Of a stretch of DNA of 64,000 nt, positions 1 to 9,802 are shown piece by piece. Origin of the DNA: a virus; the IMG/VR virus record IMGVR_UViG_3300030107_002709, positions 32,001 to 96,000 of that record. One strand, 5' to 3'. Position 1 is the first letter of the stretch. Each line of letters begins with the position of its first letter. Under the pieces are notes generated by a model. The model was not told the DNA's origin and ran no database searches. It saw nothing but the letters and a program-made list of their open reading frames with translations. A program made the position numbers and the translations under genes.

Positions 1-637
1 TTAATAAAGTTTGATTCTGTTTCCAAAAATTCTCATACCAATCATCTGTAACCTGATCCAACTTACATACATCCTTCCACAGTTTTTTCATATACTTACT
101 TACTGTCGGATCTGCCTTTAATTTTTCCCAATTATCCCAGGATTCATTATGTCTTATTGCTCTCTCAAAAACAAACAACGATCCAAGTTCTTGAGCTCTG
201 GTCATAGCCGCAGCATTTACCTGTTCCTCTGGTAACCTCGTTGAAATTACCTGAACCTTTTGTTGTTTCCCTGTATCAAGAACAAATCCCATAGTAAACA
301 CAGGATCTGAACCTGATATCTTTATGTTTTTAGGATCTGGTTCCCATTTCTTTTTCTCTATGTTCCATTTCTTTGCTTGAAGATTCTTACATTCTCTTTG
401 AACTTTCTGAACACCTGCAACATTAGTACATATTTGAATAGCACCACCTTTAGCAGGTACTTTTGATTTACTTCCACTAGGCCACTGTGATCCCATAGGT
501 CTAGGTCCTTTTGCTCCTTTATCCTGAATAAGCCATGTTGATGCCTTACCAAAGACATCAGCCATTTGATCTCTATGAGTCTTTTTCTTAATGTAAGCTA
601 AGAAATCGTTTTGGATATCGAAACCTATTTTGGCCAT
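1..637 (-). CDS. hypothetical protein, runs off the window (MAKIGFDIQNDF...); absent from the ORF track
   Basis: Hand translation from ATG at 637 stays open to position 1; preceded by GAGGGGG and a late-promoter-like CTAAATA. Confidence 0.8.
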   Translation of the reverse strand, partial: MAKIGFDIQNDFLAYIKKKTHRDQMADVFGKASTWLIQDKGAKGPRPMGSQWPSGSKSKVPAKGGAIQICTNVAGVQKVQRECKNLQAKKWNIEKKKWEPDPKNIKISGSDPVFTMGFVLDTGKQQKVQVISTRLPEEQVNAAAMTRAQELGSLFVFERAIRHNESWDNWEKLKADPTVSKYMKKLWKDVCKLDQVTDDWYENFWKQNQTLL

Positions 638-671
638 AAAAAAATCCCCCTCTAGTTATTTAGAGGGGGAT
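638..671 (-). terminator. intrinsic terminator-like hairpin after mazG, overlapping a late promoter
   Basis: Perfect 11-bp stem ATCCCCCTCTA/TAGAGGGGGAT, 6-nt loop, T-run on the minus strand; CTAAATA at 657-663. Confidence 0.75.
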
Positions 672-675
672 GGTC

Positions 676-1086
676 TTAGATATCACCTTCCTTTCGGTTC
701 TCCGATTTGAATATATCAAACTCACCATCTGGGTATCGTGCTGCTAACTTCATCATGTTAGTGACTACGATAGTCTGGAAGTCTAAATCTAATGCATTAC
801 AAGCTTGTGCAATGTACCAGAACACATCACCTAATTCTTTTAAAAGATGTACCTTAGTATCTTCTGTAAGTTCCTTACCTTGGAAAGCAATCTTCTTTAC
901 TATCTCTGTGAACTCTCCACCTTCTGCACTGATACCAACAGCAGCAGTAAGGAGTCTAGGAATATCAACACCCTTAGATTCTAAGTCTTTAATTCTATTG
1001 ATGAACTCATCTGTACTCTTAGAAGGGTGGCTTGTAGTACCATCGACAAACTCTAGGTACTTATCATAATCAACTGATTGTGTCAT
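676..1086 (-). CDS. mazG: MazG-type nucleoside triphosphate pyrophosphohydrolase
   Basis: EGGEFTEIVKK and KELGDVFWY motifs; usual cyanophage position after g41. Confidence 0.92.
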   Translation of the reverse strand: MTQSVDYDKYLEFVDGTTSHPSKSTDEFINRIKDLESKGVDIPRLLTAAVGISAEGGEFTEIVKKIAFQGKELTEDTKVHLLKELGDVFWYIAQACNALDLDFQTIVVTNMMKLAARYPDGEFDIFKSENRKEGDI

Positions 1087-1328
1087 TGTGGATCTGAATA
1101 ACGGTGTTCTTGTGAGTGATAGGTATCAGCATTAGGTGCTGGATCTATCTTTATAACCTCATCCCAGTGTGTACGATACACTAGGATATTGCATTGACTT
1201 ACGCCATGCATTTTACCTGGATCTTCCCATTGTCTCACACACAATGTGAAGTATGGTGCGTGTTTATCATAGAAGTTAACGAAACCTCTATCTCCTCGGA
1301 ACTCAACTATGTCTCCGTGTTTAAACAT
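1083..1328 (-). CDS. hypothetical protein
   Basis: 81 aa ORF overlapping both neighbours in operon fashion. Confidence 0.7.
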   Translation of the reverse strand: MFKHGDIVEFRGDRGFVNFYDKHAPYFTLCVRQWEDPGKMHGVSQCNILVYRTHWDEVIKIDPAPNADTYHSQEHRYSDPQ

Positions 1329-2715
1329 TCCATTCAGCGAATTTACTAAGGCGTTCTTGGTTGTTTTTTATTGCGTCAAAAGCATTAACGTCTGGATCTT
1401 CTTCCTTCTGATTCATTATTTCAGAAGTAGATTCTGCAACATCAAATAACTTCATCTTCGCTCTATCTATACCCACAACAAACTTACGATTTGAAGTAGG
1501 ATCATTATACCTGTTCTTCAACTGCTTAACCATTATTCTACCTTCCTGTTCCAGTTCCTCGCTAGAAATGAGAGCGAACATAAGATCAGCAGTAGCAGGG
1601 AGTCCAAAGGATTCTGAAGTGTCAGTGAGGTCAGGATCACTAGACCCAAAACCAGAACGAGTAGTTTGAGTAGCACTAACAATCGGTAGGTCAAACTCGA
1701 CAGCAAGACCCCGAAGCTCTTCAGCAATCGCTTTAACATAAGTATAAGAGTTAACAATGTGACCTTTATATCTTACACTAGCACAAATGTTAAGGTAATC
1801 TATAAAGATTATATCAGGTTTGAATGATTTCTTAAGTTTTAGTTCATTAAGTAATGCTCTAAAATGTCCAGCATGAGCTGAAGCAGTAGGATATTCCTTA
1901 ATGATAATCTTTCCTTTAGTCTTCTTCTCAAGATCAGCGATCTTAGATTTAAACATCATCTGAGGTAGATCAACAATATCTTTGATGTTAACATTCAAAC
2001 AGTTAGCATCAATACGCTCTGCAATCTTTTCCTCAGACATCTCCATCGTAACATAGAGAACATTCTTACTTCTCAACAAGCAAGCACTAGCCATGTGACA
2101 CATGAATAGAGACTTACCAACACCTGTACCAGCAAGTGCTATGTTAAGAGTCTTATTAGGAAGACCACCCTTAGTGATGTAATTAAACTTCTCTAAGTCA
2201 AATGGTATCTTCTCTTCTTCTCTATGATAGAACTCATATCTATTATCAGCAGACTCGATGTAATCATGTCCTACATGCTCATCAAATGATACACCTAAAG
2301 CTTCCTGTAGAATACTAGGGATAGCATCCTTAGATAACTTTTCATCATTACCATCAGCAATCTTAACTGACTTAAGTAATGCATTATAGATTGCTTTATC
2401 CTGACACCACTTCTCAGTAGAATCAGATAACCAATCAGCATCAACCCACTCATCGTTAAGATCATCCAATCTAATCAAAGCATTTTTATAGGTCTCATCT
2501 GTAAGATCAGTCCTATTACCAAGATTAATTTTCAGAACTTCTTTAGTAGGAGTCTTATCATACTTAGATGAAAAGTCTTGTATCTCTTCAAAGAGAACTA
2601 CATCGACAGCATCCTGAAAATACTCCGAATCAAGATGAGGTACTACCTTACGATAATACTCCTCATTACATAGAAGGTTCCGAAGGATAGTATTTTCTAT
2701 CCTTTCAGTTGCCAT
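1321..2715 (-). CDS. g41: DnaB-like replicative helicase gp41
   Basis: Walker [29 protein letters not shown]; start set at MATERIE. Confidence 0.96.
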   Translation of the reverse strand: MATERIENTILRNLLCNEEYYRKVVPHLDSEYFQDAVDVVLFEEIQDFSSKYDKTPTKEVLKINLGNRTDLTDETYKNALIRLDDLNDEWVDADWLSDSTEKWCQDKAIYNALLKSVKIADGNDEKLSKDAIPSILQEALGVSFDEHVGHDYIESADNRYEFYHREEEKIPFDLEKFNYITKGGLPNKTLNIALAGTGVGKSLFMCHMASACLLRSKNVLYVTMEMSEEKIAERIDANCLNVNIKDIVDLPQMMFKSKIADLEKKTKGKIIIKEYPTASAHAGHFRALLNELKLKKSFKPDIIFIDYLNICASVRYKGHIVNSYTYVKAIAEELRGLAVEFDLPIVSATQTTRSGFGSSDPDLTDTSESFGLPATADLMFALISSEELEQEGRIMVKQLKNRYNDPTSNRKFVVGIDRAKMKLFDVAESTSEIMNQKEEDPDVNAFDAIKNNQERLSKFAEWNV

Positions 2716-3718
2716 AACCATACTCCGTTCTTGCTGCTTCCTCTAACTGAGCCATCACTTCGTCTGTGAAGTACTTCTCAGGACTAGCAAGAACAGATTT
2801 AGGGTAAACAGAAGTTTCACCGAACTTGATACGGTTGCCCACCCTTGTAAAGACGTTGTACTTCTCACCCAATTCAATGAGTCCGTAGTACTTGTCCAGT
2901 CCACGTTCATCGAAGTATAATCTAGTAGCAACTTTGGAACCCTCCTTAGATAATCGAGATTTCTTGGCTTCGCACTTAATGATGTTACCCACTAGGTCTG
3001 TACCTTCCTTCTCTTTAGATTTGGTCAAATATATTATAGTAGATGCAGCATACTTTAGTCCAGCTCCACCACCCATTTCTTTTTGTGGCACATAGGATCC
3101 GATCACATCATATGTGTGATTCGTAACAATCATAGGAACTTTCGCCTGTCCAAGCTTCAAGGTTAATACCCTGAAAGCACCCTTGATTAACTGTGATTTG
3201 GTCATGTCTCTGACCTGTTTATCATTAGAGATGTCTTCCATCTCCTTTGATGTACTCAGCATACCAAGAGAATCCAAAACAAACATCAATGGTTGACGCT
3301 GATCTTTTGGTTCTTTTAAATACTTATCAAGGATCCTAGTAGCTTGTGTTCTAAACTCTTCAATAGTAGCAACAGGAAAGATTACCATACGTTTGGAATC
3401 TATACCTCTGCTCTCGATCATATCCTTGGAGATAGCAGATTCAGACTCAAAATAAATAACCCCACCATCACTGTGCTGATTAAGAAAGTTACGTACAACA
3501 CTAAGGGCAAAGAAAGTTTTTCCTGTTGAAGATTCCCCTGCAAGTGCCGTAACCTTGTTGGATGGAATACCACCAAACAAAGATCCACTAACGACAGCGT
3601 TGAAAATATGGCTACCTGTATCAACAAAACTGGATGTATCTCCTGCAGCGACTCCATCACTGACGATACTTGCATACTCATTACCACTCTCCTTAATTAC
3701 TGTATCTAAGAACCCCAT
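2705..3718 (-). CDS. uvsX: RecA-like recombinase UvsX
   Basis: Walker [26 protein letters not shown]. Confidence 0.96.
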   Translation of the reverse strand: MGFLDTVIKESGNEYASIVSDGVAAGDTSSFVDTGSHIFNAVVSGSLFGGIPSNKVTALAGESSTGKTFFALSVVRNFLNQHSDGGVIYFESESAISKDMIESRGIDSKRMVIFPVATIEEFRTQATRILDKYLKEPKDQRQPLMFVLDSLGMLSTSKEMEDISNDKQVRDMTKSQLIKGAFRVLTLKLGQAKVPMIVTNHTYDVIGSYVPQKEMGGGAGLKYAASTIIYLTKSKEKEGTDLVGNIIKCEAKKSRLSKEGSKVATRLYFDERGLDKYYGLIELGEKYNVFTRVGNRIKFGETSVYPKSVLASPEKYFTDEVMAQLEEAARTEYGYGN

Positions 3719-3885
3719 TTAGTGACCTCACTTTCATACATGTTAACATAGTCATGACCATCACTGGCCATCATTAGAGCATACTGTCTTGCAGTATCAC
3801 GCTCTTCAAATACTCTTACCTGTTCAGGTTCAAGTGCCTCAACCATATCATCCTGATAGGTTACTGTCCATACGGTTTTACTCAT
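3706..3885 (-). CDS. small hypothetical protein (59 aa, [13 protein letters not shown]...)
   Basis: Hand translation; ATGA overlap with the g43 stop; fills the g43-uvsX gap. Confidence 0.7.
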   Translation of the reverse strand: MSKTVWTVTYQDDMVEALEPEQVRVFEERDTARQYALMMASDGHDYVNMYESEVTKWGS

Positions 3886-6374
3886 GCGAAGAAACTCCCT
3901 ATTGTAACAACTTTTTTACTGTTCCACCCTATACATTCTAGCACATTTTCGAGTGGTTTCAAGAAACTCTTTTCAAATTGTTTCTTGTGATCGATATACT
4001 TCTCCATATTAAACTCCTTTGGAATCTCATTGAAGAAGGAAATACAATCCTCCCTAAAAGGATTGGGTGTCTTAAGATAAATGAATTTTATCTTCTCACC
4101 CTCCTGTATTAGAGGATACTTGTTCTCTATCTTATTCTTTTTAACATAATGGTTATAAAGCAGAGCACCCCTTACGTGGATGGGGGTTCCTTTTTGATAG
4201 ATGTCGGTTCTTGAAAAGTATTTTTCAACTCCGTTACATCCTCTTGGGAAAGCAATGTTTTCGTAGGGCTGCTCTCTTGTCTCTGCTCTGACACCATCGA
4301 TAAATGAGACAAGTTCATCATTTGTTTTGCCGATAATAATCTTAAAAGCTGCATACAATTTATCCCTGAAATATTGTGGTGTAGATGACCTAGCAGTCTC
4401 AAGTCCCATGATCTTCATCTTGGGTTCTTTGTATCTAACACCCTCTGAGTCCCACACGTTTAATATGTATCGCTTCTTAGCAGTCCATATACCACGGTCA
4501 GCGATGTTCTCTCTCTTCATTATCATTTTCTGTTCATACGCCGAGACATACGAAGCCAGTTCCTGGTAAGAGTTCTCGATAAACGGTTCGAGCTGATCCT
4601 TACAGATCTTGTCCAGGAGCTCAACAATCTTAATCTTATTATCAGACTTATGAGCAAAAAATTTATCAACAAGAGGTCCGAGATTAAGATATATTGAGTC
4701 GGTGTCAGATGCAATGACGTAATCAACTTTATCTGTAGAGAGTAGTTTATTTAGATAAAGATTGATCTTGTTCTCTATCCAGCGAATAGATACCTGCCCA
4801 GAAAGAGTGATTGCTTCTGCATTAGCAAGCTTATAGTACCTGAAGTGCTCATTGCCGATAGCACCATAAGCACTATTAAGTGAGATCTTCTTGGCCATCT
4901 GTATGTTATTACATCTGGCGATCTCCTTTGTAATCTCATTGGATGGATTCTTTTCATACTCTTTCTTTGCTTCAATCATCTTCTTCTTGAAGATGACTCT
5001 CTCATTGTACATCTTATCCATGAGTTCTGGTAAGAACCCACGTACATCCTTCCTGTACTGTGCTCCATTAGCACACACAGCAAACTCACCATCAATCTCT
5101 ACCTCTTGATTTAAGATCCCCTCAACGCTCGAACTGGGATGTCCAGTCTCCCAGAGGGTCTCTGGTGAGATGTTATATTGCATAATAAGATGAGGGTACA
5201 GGCTATTGAGGTCAAAATTAACAACCCAATCATAGAATCCTGTCTTCGGTTCCTTAACATACGCCCCCGCATATTTTTCTGATTTGTTTGCACTCTCTTT
5301 CTTAGGTGGAATTGCTATCTTCCTCTTAAGAAGTTCAACGTATATGTAATTATCCCACATACGTACCTGACTAAACACATCTTCATAATTGACCTTAGCA
5401 TCATACGCCATAGTAAATGCTAAGTCAAGTAGTTTCATCTTATCATCAAGTTGATCTACTAACCTAACGTCATGGATGTTGTAATCAATAAACTTCTGCC
5501 AATCATTCTGATAGAACTCTTTGAATGTATCATACTCAGAGTGATCTAACTTTCTTGATCCAAGCTCAACCATGCAGATGTGATCAAGTCTATACGATTC
5601 TTGGTTAGTGTAAGTAAATTTCCTGTATAGTTCGAGGTAATCCAGAGTAGAAATTCCTGGAAGATCGTAAGCGATTTGCTTTCTCCCTTTGATATAAATT
5701 TCACGTCTAGATATAAGCCTCCACGGGCTAAGATAACGAGAATACTTCTCACCAAGTATCCTAGAAATACGACCAGCGATATAGGGAATATCAAAAAGTT
5801 GTACGTTCCAACCTGTAATAACATCAGGAAAATTCTCATTCCAATACTCCAAGAATGCTGATAACATAGACTGTTCAGTTTTGAAGTGAAGGTAGTCTAC
5901 ATCTTCATGCTTATTATCAAATGATCTAGCACCAAAGACAGTAATGCGACCAGTAAAGGAGTCCTTAATACTGATCGCTAGTATCTCTTGGTCTGCTGCT
6001 TCAATATCAGGAAACCCATTCTCAGCAGCAGTTTCAATATCTATGTTGAATACCCTAATGGTTTTAGGATCAAACTTTATATGTTCATCAGGATATTCCT
6101 CTGCGATATACTGATAAAGGTATCTTGTGTTACCATACACTTCCATGTTAGCAACATCTCTATACCTCATTATAGTTTCCTTTGCACCTGCAATGGAACC
6201 TTGCTTCATAGGCTCTACACACTTCCCCTCAAGGGTTCTCCATTTAGAGAAGTTAGATGTTGGGAGATATAAAGTAGGGTTAAATGGAACCCTATCTTTA
6301 AATGCCTTACCTCCCTCATAACCACGGACAAGAAGGTTCTGACCTGCTTGCTCAACATTGGTGTAAAATTTCAT
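3882..6374 (-). CDS. g43: family B DNA polymerase gp43
   Basis: Exo I DIET, DLNSLYP, K-LNSAYG, SDTDS, KKRY motifs; 830 aa, no intein-sized insertion. Confidence 0.98.
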   Translation of the reverse strand: MKFYTNVEQAGQNLLVRGYEGGKAFKDRVPFNPTLYLPTSNFSKWRTLEGKCVEPMKQGSIAGAKETIMRYRDVANMEVYGNTRYLYQYIAEEYPDEHIKFDPKTIRVFNIDIETAAENGFPDIEAADQEILAISIKDSFTGRITVFGARSFDNKHEDVDYLHFKTEQSMLSAFLEYWNENFPDVITGWNVQLFDIPYIAGRISRILGEKYSRYLSPWRLISRREIYIKGRKQIAYDLPGISTLDYLELYRKFTYTNQESYRLDHICMVELGSRKLDHSEYDTFKEFYQNDWQKFIDYNIHDVRLVDQLDDKMKLLDLAFTMAYDAKVNYEDVFSQVRMWDNYIYVELLKRKIAIPPKKESANKSEKYAGAYVKEPKTGFYDWVVNFDLNSLYPHLIMQYNISPETLWETGHPSSSVEGILNQEVEIDGEFAVCANGAQYRKDVRGFLPELMDKMYNERVIFKKKMIEAKKEYEKNPSNEITKEIARCNNIQMAKKISLNSAYGAIGNEHFRYYKLANAEAITLSGQVSIRWIENKINLYLNKLLSTDKVDYVIASDTDSIYLNLGPLVDKFFAHKSDNKIKIVELLDKICKDQLEPFIENSYQELASYVSAYEQKMIMKRENIADRGIWTAKKRYILNVWDSEGVRYKEPKMKIMGLETARSSTPQYFRDKLYAAFKIIIGKTNDELVSFIDGVRAETREQPYENIAFPRGCNGVEKYFSRTDIYQKGTPIHVRGALLYNHYVKKNKIENKYPLIQEGEKIKFIYLKTPNPFREDCISFFNEIPKEFNMEKYIDHKKQFEKSFLKPLENVLECIGWNSKKVVTIGSFFA

Positions 6375-6616
6375 TCAGTAAGTAGTTCTTTTGCTTCTGC
6401 TGTATTTAAAGCTTCATCTGTTGGTGTAACCATCACTATTATATCAGTAGATCTAACAACTAGTTGAAAGTCTGCTGAATACTTTGGCCACCTCTCACCA
6501 TCTAAGGTAATAGGATCCTCTAGAATACAATCTGGTTGACCATATTCTGCCTCTGGTATCTCTGATACATCAGCAAGAATCCAAGGTTCGTTATTCAGTC
6601 GTAGTAGTTTCTTCAT
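6371..6616 (-). CDS. hypothetical protein, possibly Sm-like fold
   Basis: 81 aa; weak similarity of pattern to the two upstream ORFs. Confidence 0.7.
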   Translation of the reverse strand: MKKLLRLNNEPWILADVSEIPEAEYGQPDCILEDPITLDGERWPKYSADFQLVVRSTDIIVMVTPTDEALNTAEAKELLTE

Positions 6617-6938
6617 TAGTTTCTTCTATTGGTTCACTGTCTGCTAAAATCTTCTGTTCATATGCTTGTTGGACTGCAGGCTTAGCACTACTAATTATAC
6701 CAATCATCTCAAACCCAACATTAAACTGTCTATCATCTGTAAATGGATTCCACTTCTTGAAGTTAATATTATAACCTTCTTCAGTTTCATTTACAACATG
6801 CAATGTATAAGGATCTGTGAATGCTAAACAGATAGGTTTCTCTCCTTTCTCCTTTGATTCTTGATCATGGAACACTTCTCCAACATCACAAATAACTTGC
6901 TCGTTGGAATACTTCATGTTAATAACTTGTATAGTCAT
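6591..6938 (-). CDS. conserved hypothetical protein, Sm-like family
   Basis: E-VI-DV-EV...PY...F-KWNPFT-DRQF...AY pattern shared with 6935-7333 and 42707-43270. Confidence 0.75.
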   Translation of the reverse strand: MTIQVINMKYSNEQVICDVGEVFHDQESKEKGEKPICLAFTDPYTLHVVNETEEGYNINFKKWNPFTDDRQFNVGFEMIGIISSAKPAVQQAYEQKILADSEPIEETNEETTTTE

Positions 6939-7333
6939 ACTGTTTCTTTGTTTTCGGTGTACATAATTGTTAATGCTTCATCAACATATTCATAGTCTTT
7001 TACATGAAATTCTTCGAGATATATCTTTTCGATATCTTCCCTAACATCATTCATACTAACAAGACTATAAAGATTCAAACGAAACTGTTGATGTTTTGCG
7101 AAAGGATTCCAAGGAGAAAAAGTACATTTTAATTCAGGTTCATTAGTCTGAAATTTCTGAGTAGTTGGAATACCTCTAGAGACTGTAATGACTTGAGGAT
7201 GGGACATAATATACCCTAATGTTCTACCCGAATTGGGATCTTGAGTAACTGCCTGATTGTGTGCATTTCTTATCTCATGAACCTCAGCTACTATTCGTTC
7301 TCCTGTATTAAGAACTATAAGTTTGATGCTCAT
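6935..7333 (-). CDS. conserved hypothetical protein, Sm-like family
   Basis: MSIKLIVLNTGERIVAEV...FSPWNPF; sigma70 promoter directly upstream. Confidence 0.78.
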   Translation of the reverse strand: MSIKLIVLNTGERIVAEVHEIRNAHNQAVTQDPNSGRTLGYIMSHPQVITVSRGIPTTQKFQTNEPELKCTFSPWNPFAKHQQFRLNLYSLVSMNDVREDIEKIYLEEFHVKDYEYVDEALTIMYTENKETV

Positions 7334-7355
7334 ACTCTAATGGATGTATCTAGAC

Positions 7356-7384
7356 ATTATAAAGGGGAACTCGACAAAAGTCAA
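7356..7384 (-). promoter_or_regulatory. sigma70-type promoter for the operon leading to g43
   Basis: TTGACT-17 bp-TATAAT. Confidence 0.8.
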
Positions 7385-7395
7385 GCTCCCCTTTA
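7360..7395 (-). terminator. hairpin after hsp20, overlapping the promoter
   Basis: AAAGGGGAGCTTGAC-TTTT-GTCGAGTTCCCCTTT; the two mismatches pair as G.U on the minus-strand RNA. Confidence 0.65.
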
Positions 7396-7421
7396 ATTCA
7401 TAACAAAATACCACTACTCCA

Positions 7422-7865
7422 CTAAGAGACCTGAGCCTCTAACTTTTCTCTGGCAGCACCTGTGCCGAACCAGAATTTCTTTTGCTGATTCTCTGGAAGA
7501 ACCTTAGTAAGATTCACAACCAGTAATCCATCCTTATACTCAACATTCTCAACTTCAATAGAATCTCCTAGTTGCCAACTCCTATCAAATGATCTTGTAG
7601 CAATACCCTTATGGGTATAGGATCTCTCATCCTTTTCTTCTGCAGCTGCTTTAACTGTTAAGATGTTTTGTTCGGTGGTAACTTCGATATCTTCTCTTGA
7701 AAATCCAGCAAGAGCGATTTCCAGAACGGTTCTACCATCTCCCCCATGAAAAACATTATAGGGTGGGTAATTTTGTCCAGCTTCTGCCAGTCTTTCGAGT
7801 CTGTTGAATGTTTCATCGAATCCTAATTGAAATGGGCTATAGGTATCCCAGTATGATCTACGCAT
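7422..7865 (-). CDS. hsp20: small heat-shock protein (Hsp20/IbpA family)
   Basis: NYPPYN, LEIALAGF, HKGIATRSF, DGLL motifs; start moved to MRRSYW, which has an AAGGAGG SD. Confidence 0.95.
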   Translation of the reverse strand: MRRSYWDTYSPFQLGFDETFNRLERLAEAGQNYPPYNVFHGGDGRTVLEIALAGFSREDIEVTTEQNILTVKAAAEEKDERSYTHKGIATRSFDRSWQLGDSIEVENVEYKDGLLVVNLTKVLPENQQKKFWFGTGAAREKLEAQVS

Positions 7866-7925
7866 GGTGTCCTCCTTGAAGCGACTAATTGAATGTGACC
7901 CCGAAGGCATCACACTACTATTTAA
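7866..7925 (-). promoter_or_regulatory. late-promoter-like TTAAATA plus structured 5' leader of hsp20
   Basis: TTAAATA 7919-7925; TGTGATGCC-TTCG-GGGTCACA hairpin; GTCGCTT can pair with the SD region GAGGAC. Confidence 0.55.
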
Positions 7926-7978
7926 GCAGTGGTGGACTGAATTTACCATGTGGTAAACCAGAAAACTGAGTACGGATG

Positions 7979-8395
7979 TTACGGTTTCTTCTTACCAATA
8001 TTATATTTGGACTCTAAAGTCCATTCACCTTTCTCTTTAAAAGATATAACTTTAATTTGATTTAATGGTGCAAGATCTCCAACATTATCCTGATTAATGA
8101 TTGTAACCAATCCCCAATCAGATAACAACTGTGTTATACGATTTCTACGCTGAACATCATTCTCTGTGATGTTTGTGTTCTTACCATCAAGTGCGAAGAG
8201 TTCCTTGAAGTGAACTATGTAATACTTTCCTTGCTTATGCAAGATGTGACACGACTGATATATCTTTCTTTCTTTTCTAGAAGCAACTCCAATTCGTGTT
8301 AATGTTTCACGAACCTTTAGGAAATCATCTGGTTCTTTGAGACCTACCTCAATCATATCAGACTGTTTCCACTGGATCTCAGTATCAACGGACAT
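7979..8395 (-). CDS. regA: translational repressor RegA
   Basis: DDFLKVRETLTRIG, QSCHILHKQG-YYIVHFKELF. Confidence 0.97.
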   Translation of the reverse strand: MSVDTEIQWKQSDMIEVGLKEPDDFLKVRETLTRIGVASRKERKIYQSCHILHKQGKYYIVHFKELFALDGKNTNITENDVQRRNRITQLLSDWGLVTIINQDNVGDLAPLNQIKVISFKEKGEWTLESKYNIGKKKP

Positions 8396-8781
8396 TATTT
8401 TCCACCTTTATGCAATGATCTTTTTATATGTTCGAGTTGATCTGTTGATAATACCCTGATTGCTTCTAGAGCCTTGGTATAACTATACCCATAATACTCA
8501 CGAACTTCATCAAGATAATCAATCGACTCTTTCTTAGACCAAGGAGAAAATCTCTTTCTAGGTCTCAGACTATTTATATAAAAGTCGTATTGCATACGCT
8601 TAGATATATGCCAATTCATATTCATCTCATTAGCAAACAATACAGTGTCTGTAAAAGATGCTAGGCACTTATTAATAATCCATGTAGGATATGAGTTCTC
8701 CAAAGATGGATCTTCATCCATCATATTCTTTTTACTTTGGTTGATACTATACAACCATGCACTTAGTTTGGGCTTGCTCAT
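8395..8781 (-). CDS. g62: clamp loader small subunit gp62
   Basis: FANEMN, QYDFYIN, RKRFSPW, YYGYS-KA; next to regA. Confidence 0.93.
   Translation of the reverse strand: MSKPKLSAWLYSINQSKKNMMDEDPSLENSYPTWIINKCLASFTDTVLFANEMNMNWHISKRMQYDFYINSLRPRKRFSPWSKKESIDYLDEVREYYGYSYTKALEAIRVLSTDQLEHIKRSLHKGGK
8571..8578 (-). promoter_or_regulatory. T4 late promoter inside g62, upstream of regA
   Basis: Exact TATAAATA. Confidence 0.5.
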
Positions 8782-9301
8782 ATGCTAAATCATTAATTAC
8801 TAAAGGAAGCAGTCTATATTCTGCTCGTTGGATACGTTGAGTCAAGGTCTCGACAGTATCATCAGGACAAATAGGAACCCTTGATTGATTTATTATAGCA
8901 CCACCGTCAAGTTCCTCGTTAACATAGTGGACAGTACATCCACTCTCTCTATCACCTGATTCTAATGCTTGTTCTACTGCATGTAAACCCTTGTACTTAG
9001 GAAGTAATGATGGGTGTACATTAATGATAGGACATGGGAACTCAGATGGTTTCTTAAGCACCCTCATATAACCTGCTAATACAACAAGATCAACCCTCCA
9101 AGCTTTGAAGAGTTGAATCATTTGATCTTCATCTTTATGTGCTACCCTACAATGAGGGATTCCAAACTTTGCTGCTCTCGCTACAGCACCACATTTCTTT
9201 GTATTGTGTATCATTAACACAATCTCATGTTTCATCTGAGGGTATCGTATAATGTTCTCGAAGTTAGTTCCTTCTCCAGAACACATGACTCCTAATCTCA
9301 T
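8747..9301 (-). CDS. purN: phosphoribosylglycinamide formyltransferase
   Basis: SG-GTNF, LAGYMRVL, INVHPSLLPKYKG, GCTVHYV-EELDGG; start at MRLGVMC. Confidence 0.94.
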   Translation of the reverse strand: MRLGVMCSGEGTNFENIIRYPQMKHEIVLMIHNTKKCGAVARAAKFGIPHCRVAHKDEDQMIQLFKAWRVDLVVLAGYMRVLKKPSEFPCPIINVHPSLLPKYKGLHAVEQALESGDRESGCTVHYVNEELDGGAIINQSRVPICPDDTVETLTQRIQRAEYRLLPLVINDLAYEQAQTKCMVV

Positions 9302-9588
9302 TAGTAATGATCCTCCAATCCTTCTACGGGTGTAGGTTTCCAATCCTTACCATAATATTTCTCTAAGATATTATGGTGTGGTGCATCTGTACCAACCTTC
9401 GGTGTCTTAGGTGGTGGCGGTGGAAACATCTCTAGTTGTATCTCAGGGATGGAGAATGTATCACCATCCTTTCTATGATGACAAACATAGAATGATCCAT
9501 CCTCTTTTTGATATAAGAAGTCTGCCTCATGTGAACTTAGCAGAAGCATCTTAGTAATTTTATCACCTTTTTCAATCATAGACATCAT
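9301..9588 (-). CDS. hypothetical protein
   Basis: Start uncertain; trimmed to the ATG near the upstream stop. Confidence 0.65.
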   Translation of the reverse strand: MMSMIEKGDKITKMLLLSSHEADFLYQKEDGSFYVCHHRKDGDTFSIPEIQLEMFPPPPPKTPKVGTDAPHHNILEKYYGKDWKPTPVEGLEDHY

Positions 9589-9802
9589 AAGGTCCATTAA
9601 GTTTTCTTTGATGTTCTCTCTCATCAAGAACCTCATTGATTAAATCTTTGAGTTCCTCTTTGAGTTTTGGTTCAATCAAAGTTAATGGTGTAGGATTAAA
9701 TGGTGGATAGATTGGTTCACCATTTTCATCACGTGGGTATATGTTATCTGTACAACCTTCGGTTGCCTCACCACTCATACCCTGAGTGTCTATTTTTCCC
9801 AT
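9572..9802 (-). CDS. hypothetical protein
   Basis: 76 aa, AAGGAG SD upstream. Confidence 0.7.
   Translation of the reverse strand: MGKIDTQGMSGEATEGCTDNIYPRDENGEPIYPPFNPTPLTLIEPKLKEELKDLINEVLDEREHQRKLNGPYDVYD

Noticed and set aside
358-558. 66-aa minus-strand ORF
   Set aside because: Nested out of frame in the longer 637-to-1 ORF, which has the SD and promoter
707-1069. 120-aa plus-strand ORF
   Set aside because: Antisense shadow of mazG with no motif or promoter
3882-6374. Intein or intron in g43 (also checked g41, g46, g17)
   Set aside because: Normal lengths, continuous motifs, no splicing signatures
7866-7949. N-terminal extension of hsp20 in the ORF track
   Set aside because: It runs through the promoter and structured leader; the SD marks ATG 7865
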